Source: an uncultured delta proteobacterium (lineage in GTDB: Bacteria > Desulfobacterota > Binatia > UBA9968). From it: DNA of 64,000 bases. Every line of letters begins with the position of its first letter. Within the stretch, counting starts at the first letter, position 1. Of the stretch, positions 54,101-62,615 are shown one piece after another. The notes under the pieces were generated by a model, which saw only the letters and a program-made list of their open reading frames with translations, was not told the origin of the DNA and did no database searches. The stretch lies in the NCBI GenBank assembly GCA_963745035.1, contig CAVUVW010000013.1, forward strand, positions 480,001 through 544,000, read 5' to 3'. Made by a program: the position numbers and the translations under genes.

Positions 54101-54273
54101 TAGATCGCTTCGATGAACGTGGGCACATCATTCGGTGTGTTGTAGTCGATGAAGACGATCTCGTCGTGCTCGCCGGACAACATTTCAGCGATGCAGTTTA
54201 GGCTGATGGCCGCGCGTTTGGTGAGGTTATAGCCGTACGAATCGTTACGTCCGTAAAGAATAACAGAGAGCAT
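51151..54273 (-). CDS. large GT-A-like protein with three tandem C-terminal beta-sandwich repeats
   Basis: LSVILYGRND.YG, RNIGVRRS, STNTD, GFDE, WHVDS; three repeats G..IDFT...GW...D..G.W..G.EA ... D.R.L. Confidence 0.7.
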   Translation of the reverse strand: MLSVILYGRNDSYGYNLTKRAAISLNCIAEMLSGEHDEIVFIDYNTPNDVPTFIEAIYDTLTPRARRVLRVLRVRPEVHHRLYGTRTHLAALEAICRNIGVRRSNPQNRWILSTNTDMIFVPRNREYDLTSTVSDLADGHYILPRFELPEPVWESFPRTDPAAIIRACNELGAALHLNEVTLAHPYMRFDNPGDAQFLPRQTLFDIFGFDERLIHGWHVDSNMCKRLFLLYGVTGSLADRLKGYHCDHTRTPTLAHRLDFRIESDPHEFVYNIENPYAQHQSDAWGLPEDAIEEIDFGNGPPARFVPVVQRTLGMPQDHDYHSDSNELRNYLFYQPEHVLPYVAANLTVYPRDVRLLYIGNNPRLLTLLATCFRDLGFIRPLGWVPDLMCPPLPELADGMAATIEYGPEDPSFIRSLITNHDVLIFDFGLDAARLPSSNVVRVTDWPPEQRYRLGAIARCLASCAEECHTVSRSTPSSSLPDFLVVNPNHHPFDQFVSQFLLTTKTPYNTRVRKGRARVGDERLYRSHRWKLTEETMQSFFGYDLQDGSVPPLAPGDSIDFTSLASSSRYKDGGWGVVDHTGTWIDGPEAVVLLSIDPAVETDLIAYVYVTETFLGPEEVPISVNVWFENEHIAKWLSASRYSCYTSRLILPQRLLAGKPLTRLVFKIENPQSYAAVARHRGEEMIGEDPRELSIKIHNLSLHGIEDAHYHLGSPIDFTAEGRGAFHTDSCWGTPDNYGTWTLGPEASLIMYLGELAPDKVVSAVFTISDAMVSEQFPNLDVDVLFNDENVDKWVLGYRDTHERKVKVKPEVLKRRQPLSISFHIRTPRTPKQLNWSGDSRPLGFRLTGFRIEPLVAPVYQMGQVIDFTDKGNAAPYLEAGWSARDEYGCWTLGTEATLTLRLDPRPDGPTSLSVFVSDIMVDLTAPTLPVEVMADGKMLAKWTMGPDRTPHQRTVELPPEVIPLDGSLSLVIRVATPRTPASMGWSGDTRPLGIRLTRAVIGGRGLLDLVARGWAALLGRSRTETSQSQPEDKDVSLTK

Positions 54274-54405
54274 AGGCGGTGTAGCTCGCTACGGTTAGAT
54301 CATGGTAGACAAAGACAGTATCCAATGACGATGTATTGTGTCAACTCAATGGGATCCGCGGTGAGGAGATGATTTGCACGGGCTTGAGCTGCGGCGCGCG
54401 CCACT

Positions 54406-55779
54406 TCATTCAGCTGACTCGTTCATTCCCAAACCCACACATCGTTTCAGACGGAACCAGATCCGGCGTAGCTTCCAAAACTTGCTGCTCTCCATGGACG
54501 TGATTTTTGCCAAAGCTTGCCTCGCCTCCTCCTGCGCCGTTCCCAGGCTCTGCCGGGTCTGTACGAGCTGTGTCGAGGTGGCGGCGTGATCGTCCCGGGC
54601 TTGCCTCGCCTCCTCTAGCGCCATGCGCAGGGTCTGCCGAGTCTGTTCGAGCTCTGCCTGTGCGACTTGCTCCCGCGCTGCGTAATCGTCACGCTCGCGC
54701 TGAAGTTCAGCGGCGGCGGCTCGCAAGCGACCATGCTCTGTGAATGTGGAGTTTTGAGCGAAAAAAATCGGATCATGGGATTCGAATCGCCGAAGATACT
54801 CACGGTAGGTGAGTGGACGCTCGATGGGACCTTGGGCTTGGGCCGCAAGCAAGTCCAAGATGCGCTCGACGTCACAGGAGTCGCTCAGCCTCTCTCTGAA
54901 CCGGAGAGTGATCTCAGCCGCGCAGTCCGGCAGGTTGAAAGCCGCAAAAATGCAGATCAGTTTGAGCAACTTCGCCAACGGCAGTCGCGCCGCGAATTCA
55001 TCCTGCTCGTGCCTGCCAAGGTCCCGGATGTAAAGGGCGTCCCCTAAAAGGGGGCGACCGAACTCAGTCTCAGCGGGGAAGTTCGACACGTACGGAGATG
55101 GTAAGGAGGCAAGCGAGTACCGCCGGACGGTCGTGCCAAACAACTCGAATCCACGTGCTTTCATGAATCTGTCAACGTTGTGAAAGCTGTAGTCGGTGTC
55201 CGCGGCCGAACCGAAGTAGTTCACTTCGATCCCAACGCCAAGTACGCCCAGTGTCTCGAAGGCCAAATCGAACGAGTTCAGAATCTCGAAGTCGGGCCCA
55301 TCGACGTCGATTTTCAGAAAATCGACGCTGTGGATCCCGCTGTCAGTGAGGTATGCCGGCGCCACGATCACTTCCTTGGAGAGCTTCGTCTCCGGCGCCA
55401 ATGCCGCCACGCCCATCTGCGGCGGCAATGTTTGCCCGCGAGATCTCATTAGCTCAAGCGACTTCACAACGCTCAGTCGAAACCACGGGCTACGTTCCAA
55501 GGGGTCTCGGCCCGCCTTTCGTAAAGCAAAGGGATGATCTGCGGGCAGGCCGGCGAACGCAGCCACATACTGGACTCCTGGATGTGTTTCTGAGCTTCGG
55601 AGCCGGTCGACCTCAGCAACATTTGGGTCGATTGCTAGCGTTCGCAACCGGGGCCCAAAACTTCTCCAGACCTCGTCGATCCCTCCGCTACAACCGATGT
55701 CGATCAGCATAAACTCGCTTAGCAAAGGTATCTGAGACAGGTAGCTGATTACCGGTACGTAGTTGGCAGTTCCTTCCAT
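54406..55779 (-). CDS. FkbM-family methyltransferase with C-terminal coiled coil
   Basis: IDIGCSGG, DFLKIDVDG, IEV, GF.LF, GDALY; heptad region; SSKFWKLR tail. Confidence 0.8.
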   Translation of the reverse strand: MEGTANYVPVISYLSQIPLLSEFMLIDIGCSGGIDEVWRSFGPRLRTLAIDPNVAEVDRLRSSETHPGVQYVAAFAGLPADHPFALRKAGRDPLERSPWFRLSVVKSLELMRSRGQTLPPQMGVAALAPETKLSKEVIVAPAYLTDSGIHSVDFLKIDVDGPDFEILNSFDLAFETLGVLGVGIEVNYFGSAADTDYSFHNVDRFMKARGFELFGTTVRRYSLASLPSPYVSNFPAETEFGRPLLGDALYIRDLGRHEQDEFAARLPLAKLLKLICIFAAFNLPDCAAEITLRFRERLSDSCDVERILDLLAAQAQGPIERPLTYREYLRRFESHDPIFFAQNSTFTEHGRLRAAAAELQRERDDYAAREQVAQAELEQTRQTLRMALEEARQARDDHAATSTQLVQTRQSLGTAQEEARQALAKITSMESSKFWKLRRIWFRLKRCVGLGMNESAE

Positions 55780-55856
55780 CGCTCACTTCGGCTCGATGCC
55801 GAGTTTGAATACCACACCGCGAAGTTTCGTCACCAGTTCGTTACAATAATTTGTAT

Positions 55857-57788
55857 TTAGGAGCGAAAGGCTCCGTAAGGACACGAATCGCACACAGGCA
55901 AATGTTGGTCTGTGGTCAGTGTACGCCGGACTAGTTTAAACCCGTCTGCGTTGTAAGCCTCGAGCACCGGCTTATCCTTCAAGTTTGACCGCCTCTCACC
56001 GGGCACAGTCTCCATATAGCAGCAAATCGAGAGGTCAAGCGAGTGCTGGAACACGCTCAAGGTGGTATAGACCATAGGACAGTAGATTCGGCTTGGCTTG
56101 TATAGCCCAGGGGTTCTAGTTTTTTCTGAGTCAATGCCGGACGCCTGCGTCGCCGGGGTTTTCTCGGCGTCGAGTGTTGTGCTCGGCGCCTCCGGCGGCT
56201 GCACCGCTTCTGTAACCGCCAGATTTTCCTCTGCGGACTCGCCTTCTGCTGGCTCCGCGACGCCCGTCGAAACCCGCAGTCGTCCATAGCGATAGATTGC
56301 GCTTACCGGCGTATCTTTCGCACCTTGTCGAATTACGACGTCAATTAACCGGTCCTCTGCCAAGGCAAACTGCATCCGAGTGGTTTCAGACTGGAGTTCC
56401 TGTTGAACGACGAATTCATTTTTTTCAATATCCAGTATTCCCCCGTACAGTTGACCGGAAGAGATCTCGACCCGCAAGTCCAATATGTATTCGCCCGCGG
56501 GCAGTTCAAGGCGAGGGGTGCGAAGAAGGTAAGCCCAGCGACATGATTGCGGAGTGCCACGAAAACGCACCCCCTCGCTCTCACTTCCGGTAACCTCGGC
56601 GTACTTTTCATGGGGCACAAGAACCACTTGCCGGTTGTTCACCCGGACACAAAGCGCTTCCAACTTCGGGTTACTGTAGGTCGTCGGGACCGAACCAGCT
56701 TGGAAAACTGCCGCGCTCTGCTCATCTGTCGAAAGCTGGAGCGGGTAGGAGCGAAGCGATGGACTGACGGGCAAGAGCCACTGATCGGGGCTAGCGATGA
56801 TACGAAAACCCATCCTGCGATACAACACGATCGCCTTCGTCGCCTTCTCCACTAGTTCTCGTGCATTTGGCAGACGACCACACCAAACGTCGAGGTACTG
56901 ATCGGTTCGACCGAAACCCCAGTCTGGGCTCGTGAGTGGCAGGAGCGCATTAAGCTGGAAGTTCTCGACCCCCTTTTTTACGAAGAGATCAAGAAACTGC
57001 GGGACTTCCGCCAAGGAGTGACGAGTAACCACCATTGACACCTTGAGGAGACCAGGTGACGTCTCGGGAAGATTACGCCAGTCCGGATCAGCCAATATGT
57101 TTTCAATATTGGCCACTACTCGATCAAATGTGCCTGGTTTAGAGCCCATGGCGATCTGGTGAGTTTGGTCCGTGGCCGCGTTGACCGACACCTGGATATG
57201 GCTGATTCGCAATGACTTCAACAACTCCCAGCGATGGCCGGACAGCAACCAGCCGTTGGTAATAATCTCCAAGTGCGCGACCGGGTTCAGGTGCTTTTTA
57301 ATCTCCGTGGCGATTTCCTCGAATTGCGGATGGGCCAAAGGCTCGCCGAGACCCTGCAAGCTAATGCAAACGGCATAGCGAAGCGCGTCAGCAAAATGTT
57401 CCAACTCATGCACGGCGAACGCTTTCGGACTGGGCACTAGAGGCGAGCTGCAGAAGGTACATATCGCGTTGCATACCTCCGTCATAGGAATCGTGATGTT
57501 CCAAGGGTAGGAGGTAAGCTCCTCCACACCGTGCTCGTACTCCCAGAGATTCACCACGTAGTTGGCCCAAACGTCCGCACCCTCTACCGGTTGGCCTAGA
57601 TAGTATGCGCGCAGCGCCTCTCGGTCGTATCGCCGAATATGTTCCATAAACGCTGTGCGCTCGTAAACTAAAGGATTAGGGGACAGCTGCTCTATGGAGC
57701 GTACTCTGTCCAGCGACACCGAGGAAAGTTTCAAGAGCATCCCAGGATCGATTCGGAATAGTCTTCGCCACATTGACCTCATATCCAC
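55857..57788 (-). CDS. radical SAM protein with SPASM/twitch domain and inserted beta domain
   Basis: CNAICTFC (CxxxCxxC), G.GEPL, TNG.LL, C-terminal C.....CC...CDSC. Confidence 0.85.
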   Translation of the reverse strand: MDMRSMWRRLFRIDPGMLLKLSSVSLDRVRSIEQLSPNPLVYERTAFMEHIRRYDREALRAYYLGQPVEGADVWANYVVNLWEYEHGVEELTSYPWNITIPMTEVCNAICTFCSSPLVPSPKAFAVHELEHFADALRYAVCISLQGLGEPLAHPQFEEIATEIKKHLNPVAHLEIITNGWLLSGHRWELLKSLRISHIQVSVNAATDQTHQIAMGSKPGTFDRVVANIENILADPDWRNLPETSPGLLKVSMVVTRHSLAEVPQFLDLFVKKGVENFQLNALLPLTSPDWGFGRTDQYLDVWCGRLPNARELVEKATKAIVLYRRMGFRIIASPDQWLLPVSPSLRSYPLQLSTDEQSAAVFQAGSVPTTYSNPKLEALCVRVNNRQVVLVPHEKYAEVTGSESEGVRFRGTPQSCRWAYLLRTPRLELPAGEYILDLRVEISSGQLYGGILDIEKNEFVVQQELQSETTRMQFALAEDRLIDVVIRQGAKDTPVSAIYRYGRLRVSTGVAEPAEGESAEENLAVTEAVQPPEAPSTTLDAEKTPATQASGIDSEKTRTPGLYKPSRIYCPMVYTTLSVFQHSLDLSICCYMETVPGERRSNLKDKPVLEAYNADGFKLVRRTLTTDQHLPVCDSCPYGAFRS

Positions 57789-58013
57789 CTCAGTTCACGT
57801 TTGGCCTCTCCGGATGAATGGCAAGCCAATAAGCAACAGTGAAGACCAAGAGGCCGCTCGTTCTTATAGGATTTTTATAAATTCCGTTCCGGTTTCCATT
57901 TATTGCATATCCAAACAGCCCTTGTATACTCTGTCGACAATTTTTAAGACGTTTCCTTTTTCTTTTCACAAATCCGTACAACGGCTACTTATGAGTGAAA
58001 CGGTGAGAATCTG

Positions 58014-58401
58014 ATGGATCTTGCTACAGCCCCGTGGAACAAGAGACAAAGCCATAGGTCGGGCTAAAGAACGGCTGGCAACTCTTTAGGGTGTTGTTGA
58101 TTCGCCAGGCGATCTGGATTCGGGAACATACATCCAGTTATATGCTTTTTGTTTAGAGTTTGCCCGTGATCTTGAAATCGGTCGTCGGTATAACAACTCT
58201 ATCTGCGTTTTTATGCAGGCGGCGAATGACCTCGGAAACACTAAGGTCCTGAGTATTGACTATGGCCGGGATTGGAGTAACCGGACAGTTTCACGGCTAA
58301 AGAAAACAGTGTCGCGAAAATGGTTGACCTACTACCGGTGGGGCGTCCCAGTAGAAAAAGATTGGTTTTCGGAAATGAATAACTCCGAATGTTTAACTTA
58401 A
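58014..58401 (+). pseudogene. possible methyltransferase remnant
   Basis: interrupted frame SPGDL....QLYAF.LEF..DLEIGR...NS.C.F.QAAN.L...KVLSID resembles a degraded SAM-binding motif. Confidence 0.35.
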
Positions 58402-58422
58402 AGAAAGTCCGCTTTTAACAGT

Positions 58423-59692
58423 ATGCGTTCGAAACTTCGCAAATTCGCTTTTTATTTGATTCTCGTAGTTTTTGCTTTTGTTGCGACGCTCTTTGTCGGC
58501 GAGCTTGGTGTCACGGTTTATCATATCGTCCGTGACGGCAAGTATATTTCCCCGGGGGATCGGCTCGCGGCCGAGAAGAACGCTTACGTCGAGGAGGCTC
58601 GAGCGCAGACAAGCAAAGGCTGCGGCTATGGAGATAGCCTTATCGTCCATCCCTATCTGGCTTACGTGCAGACGGCTCTGGGACCGTGTGGTTTCCGTTA
58701 TGCCAACAGCAAGAGTTTACTCGGTAAAGAGTTTCCCGACAGGCCACGGCCTAGAACCGGTATCATACTTCTCACCGGTGGCTCTGTTGCTGCGCAGTTC
58801 GTCGGGTATGACCGAAAAATAGAGAGTCCACTCGAACGTATTCTTAACGCGGAGTTCACCGGTGATCGTTTCGACCGGTTCATCGTTCTTAACGGCGGAC
58901 GCGGAGCATGGAAACAACCCAACCAGTACATTTTATTTGGACTTTACGCGGACATTCTTGCTGGTGTCATCACGCTCGACGGCTTCAATGAGCACTATAT
59001 GATCAACTCTCGGCGGAGATTCGAAGAGCCTGCCAATCTCTATCTCCAACTCGTTCAACGCCTAGATCCTCGTGTGACCGCAGCTCCGCTCACCATGGCC
59101 GCGCTCAAGCTGGACGCCGACCTTTACCGATTCGCTTCCAGTCATGCCATTTTCCACGTGTCGAATCTCGCCTATTTCGTGGTTGATGCTGTACGCAGGA
59201 GGCTACGCCACTACGCCTCTCACACACCAAAGCTCTCGATCCCTGCTGAAGACGACTGGGTCAAGACCTCGTATGCACAGATGTTCGCCTTGCACGATGA
59301 AATGACGCCAGAGGAAAGCAAAATCTGGTCGCTCGCGGCAATATGAAAAGTACATTCGCCTGATGCATGGGGGAGCCGAAGCTCTCGGTATTAAGAGCCT
59401 CTTTCTCCTTCAACCGATCCCTGGTTCGGGAAAGCCGCTCACCGAGCGGGAAAGGAAATTCACTCAGGGCACTGATCGGAAAGTGTACAAAGAAATGACC
59501 GACCATATGGTGGGTTTGCGCGAGCAGTTTGGGATTCCGGTCTATAGCTTGCTCGACGTGTTTCAAGACACGAAAGAAGAGATCTACAAAGACCACGCTC
59601 ATGTCAATCAACTAGGTGATGAGATCATGGCCAGGCGAGTCGCAGATTTGATTGCAGAGGTTTGGGGCTGGCCACGCAAGCGGGTGCAATAA
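58423..59692 (+). CDS. membrane-anchored SGNH/GDSL-like protein (frameshift near 59340)
   Basis: N-terminal TM, TGGSVA, LNGG, LDGFNE, LQP, C-terminal YKDHAH.N..G. Confidence 0.7.
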
Positions 59693-59900
59693 CTTGCCAG
59701 AGCAGAGCCGCACCTCAACGTTAAAATGACAGGGTGAACGCGCCCGCTACGAGCTGCCGGCTTTAGCCAGCGGCACTCTTTCACGGCTCCCTCTGAGCGG
59801 CCACATACGCCTCCGGATCAATATAAACTGAATATTTCAGGTGACCTCAAAAAGATGTCGCGCAAATTTTTCACGAACCCGTATGAACGTCTTGAATCTG

Positions 59901-60227
59901 GCAAAGTAATGGCAAAGCGGAAAAAATTTCCGTGAATTCTCAATTAGTTACACGTGCTAAGAGAATCACCAATCCTCGTGTCGGGTGGGGTCGACAGGCC
60001 GTATCTGTAATCGCCACGTCCGCGACTGCTCGCGCCGACTGCCTACTGAAGAGACAACAAAGAAACTACTGCAACGAGGGATTTCCCATCGTCCCGGATC
60101 GTCACTCGGGAAGCCCAGAGCAAACCAGTACAGAATCAATGCACCCGACACGAGGATTCGCAATTCTCGTAGCACCTATAACTAGTAGAAAACAAAGAGA
60201 GATTTCTTAACTTTGCCATTACTTTGC
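59901..60227. repeat. long imperfect inverted repeat (arms 59901-59987 and 60142-60227) with att-like architecture
   Basis: perfect 17-bp blocks GCAAAGTAATGGCAAAG and AATCCTCGTGTCGGGTG, plus TAGTTA, GTGCTA and GAGAAT, are all present in inverted orientation. Confidence 0.9.
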
Positions 60228-60265
60228 TGATCAAAATTCCCGCTCAAAATCGAATAGATTTCACT

Positions 60266-60320
60266 TGAAAAGAATGGAGCCACCCGCCGGAGTCGAACCG
60301 GCGACCTACTGATTACGAAT
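60266..60320 (-). repeat. att-like copy of the 3' half of tRNA-Thr(CGT) (right island boundary)
   Basis: minus strand TTCGTAA-TCAGT-AGGTC-GCCGG-TTCGACT-CCGGC-GGGTGGCT-CCA; no D arm or 5' acceptor strand. Confidence 0.85.
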
Positions 60321-61288
60321 GCGGTCAGGAAAAAAAAGCCGTAATTTTGCCCCGATAAAGCCACCAGGACCTAGCCTGAACAAGCCCGGTTTTCTCAGCC
60401 GGACGTGACGGTTTCGGATGCCCGGGCCAGCTTCGCCGCCCTGCCGGTGAAAGCCGTCCGAGACGATCCCCGACCTACTGATTGACCGTTAGTGTGACAC
60501 AGCCCCACCGATGTGAAGTCTCGGGACTGGGTGAGTGAGATTTAGAGCCTTAAATCGAAACCTGCGGCGGCAACAGGAGCGGTTTTTATCGGAATCGCTG
60601 GACTGGCGTCAGAGCTGACAGGGGCTGACAGGAGTGAGAGCGGATCGACAACGTCTCGCAACGGGCCGTCCGGCGTGCAGAGCTGGAGACAATCATGAGA
60701 ACACTGCCAGGGCTGGCTAGCCGCCCATGACAGCTCTGGCTCGTTTGCCAGATCAGCCCGGCGACCGCTGGATCTGGCAGTAGCGGATCGCGCCGAGGTC
60801 GAGCAACATTCACGCAGACGTATGGGTTTCAGGAATACACAGCCTGAATTCCTGGTCCGTGAAACTCAGGTCAGCACTCTCTCCAGACTCTAAACTCTCG
60901 GTGCTATCAGAAACTCCCTGGTCCATCGAACCTCTTCCAGCCAAAAAAGCCGTAAACGTCGCCGGTAGATCGACCGGTGCTGATCTGGAAGAGTGTGTCG
61001 GCAGTGAGCGACGGAAGTTCCGGTCACGCTTGGATGTGCTTTAAGTCGATTGTTGGACGCAATGGAGGCCGGTTCAATGCAGGTCTGAATCGATGGGCTA
61101 CTTGTGAGACGTTCAGACCTGAAAAGCTGAAAGTAGCTGAGAGGACGTGCAACGCTGCATGGCCAAGACAGCTTTGGCAGCATGGCAAGCTTTCAGACCG
61201 ATTTGAGCAATGACGAGGCGCTGATTAGCCAGTCGCGTCAGATCGATTCCCGCCCCTTTCAGCACCGGGGAACTGCACACGAAAAAAT

Positions 61289-61606
61289 TCATCTTCTTCT
61301 CTTCTTGGTGACTCCCTCGGTTCCCTTTAGCCAAGCAATAAAACGATCTTCACCGTCGTCAAGCAACTCATCGGTGTAGTCGTCCCATGTCTTCGGGTCT
61401 TTACCAAGGGGTTTGTAAAACCTATCTAATGCTGGGAGTCGCCTCATGCCGGTCGATTCGAGGACCCAGTTTTTACGACCAAGACTAATCTCCCATGCGC
61501 CGTGGCGGTATCCCTTGCGGTGAAAAACCATCCGACCACCGAGACGTTTAACAATGCTCCGTAGATTGCCGTAGTCTTCTTTTTCTTTCATGGCTTCCTG
61601 TATCAC
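61289..61606 (-). CDS. hypothetical protein
   Basis: 105 aa ORF downstream of the LLM gene on the same strand. Confidence 0.5.
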   Translation of the reverse strand: MIQEAMKEKEDYGNLRSIVKRLGGRMVFHRKGYRHGAWEISLGRKNWVLESTGMRRLPALDRFYKPLGKDPKTWDDYTDELLDDGEDRFIAWLKGTEGVTKKRRR

Positions 61607-61615
61607 GAGTACAGT

Positions 61616-62567
61616 TCATGCTGCGCCGACCTGCGGAAGAACGTCCGTCGCAAACCGTTTTAGCTGTAGTTTCTGATCCGGGCTACCAAAGCGGACTATA
61701 ATGCTCTGTGCGCCAGCCGCAATGAAAGCTCTTGAGCCAAGCTGCACAGTCTTCCGCCGATCCTGCACAGAGTCCGTTGCGAGTCGCCATGACCTCATAC
61801 GGAACGCCATAGTAGCTTTCGATAAACGTTCGCAGGTCACTTCGCGCTTGGCCGGTATCACTGTTGATATTAATCGTCGTATACAAACAGCGATGTAGGT
61901 CTTGTGTGTTTCGTCCGATCTCTAGGCCCAAAGTTTGGAGATGCTCCCAATCCGTTGCAAATGACTGAGGCGACGAGGAAATCGGCAACCAACCGTCAGC
62001 CAACCTAAGAACGCGGCGAAGAGCATTATCGCCGCTCCCTGCGATCCAGAGCGGAACCCCAGATTTCCGCACAGGCCGAAGTCCCAATTTCACGGACCGG
62101 GTCTGAAAGTAACGCCCTTCAAAGGTTACCTCCGCTTCAGACCACAGTCGTCGCATGAGCGTAATAGTTTCCTCAAATAGTCCAATCCGATGATTGATAG
62201 CTACGCCACAAGAGGCGAATTCGTGCGCGACGCTAGGATTATTGGCACCGATGCCCACCCCGAGAATAAGCCGCCCATTAGCAATGAGATCCACATTCGC
62301 AACCTCATTCGCCAAAAGCACTGGATGCCGGAGCATCGGGAGAAGGACGGCGGTGCCGAGTTCTACGCGCTTGGTGCGGGCCGCAACGGCGGCAAGTGTG
62401 CTCAAAGGCTCAAATCTGGGCCGGGCGAGAATGCTATCCCCGACCCACACGGATTCAAATCCCAGCTCTTCTGCATATTCTGCGAGATCAATGATCTGAG
62501 AAAAACGCGGAACTTTAGCTGTCATGACAACTTCGCGGGTTGGAAGCAGAAATCCAAAAGCTGTCAT
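61616..62567 (-). CDS. LLM-class flavin-dependent oxidoreductase (frameshift near 61735)
   Basis: AE.LGF.SVW.GD, LGTAVL, GRL.LGVG.G, PLWIAG; the C-terminus AGAQ.IIVRF...QL.RFA.DVLP is in another frame. Confidence 0.85.
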
Positions 62568-62615
62568 TGCTTTCCTCCTTCAGCGGTCAGAATGGAAACG
62601 AAAAACAAGCGTCTT

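Larger units (their letters stand above)
36068..60320. mobile_element. tRNA-Thr-associated genomic island carrying a surface-glycan locus (no integrase seen)
   Basis: flanked by imperfect ~54 bp direct repeats of the tRNA 3' half; cargo and pseudogenes differ from the core-gene region. Confidence 0.7.

Noticed and set aside
59932-60210. Short ORFs (59932-60210, 59966-60175, 59985-60185) across the inverted repeat
   Set aside because: No RBS or motifs; they run through the repeat arms and are probably spurious
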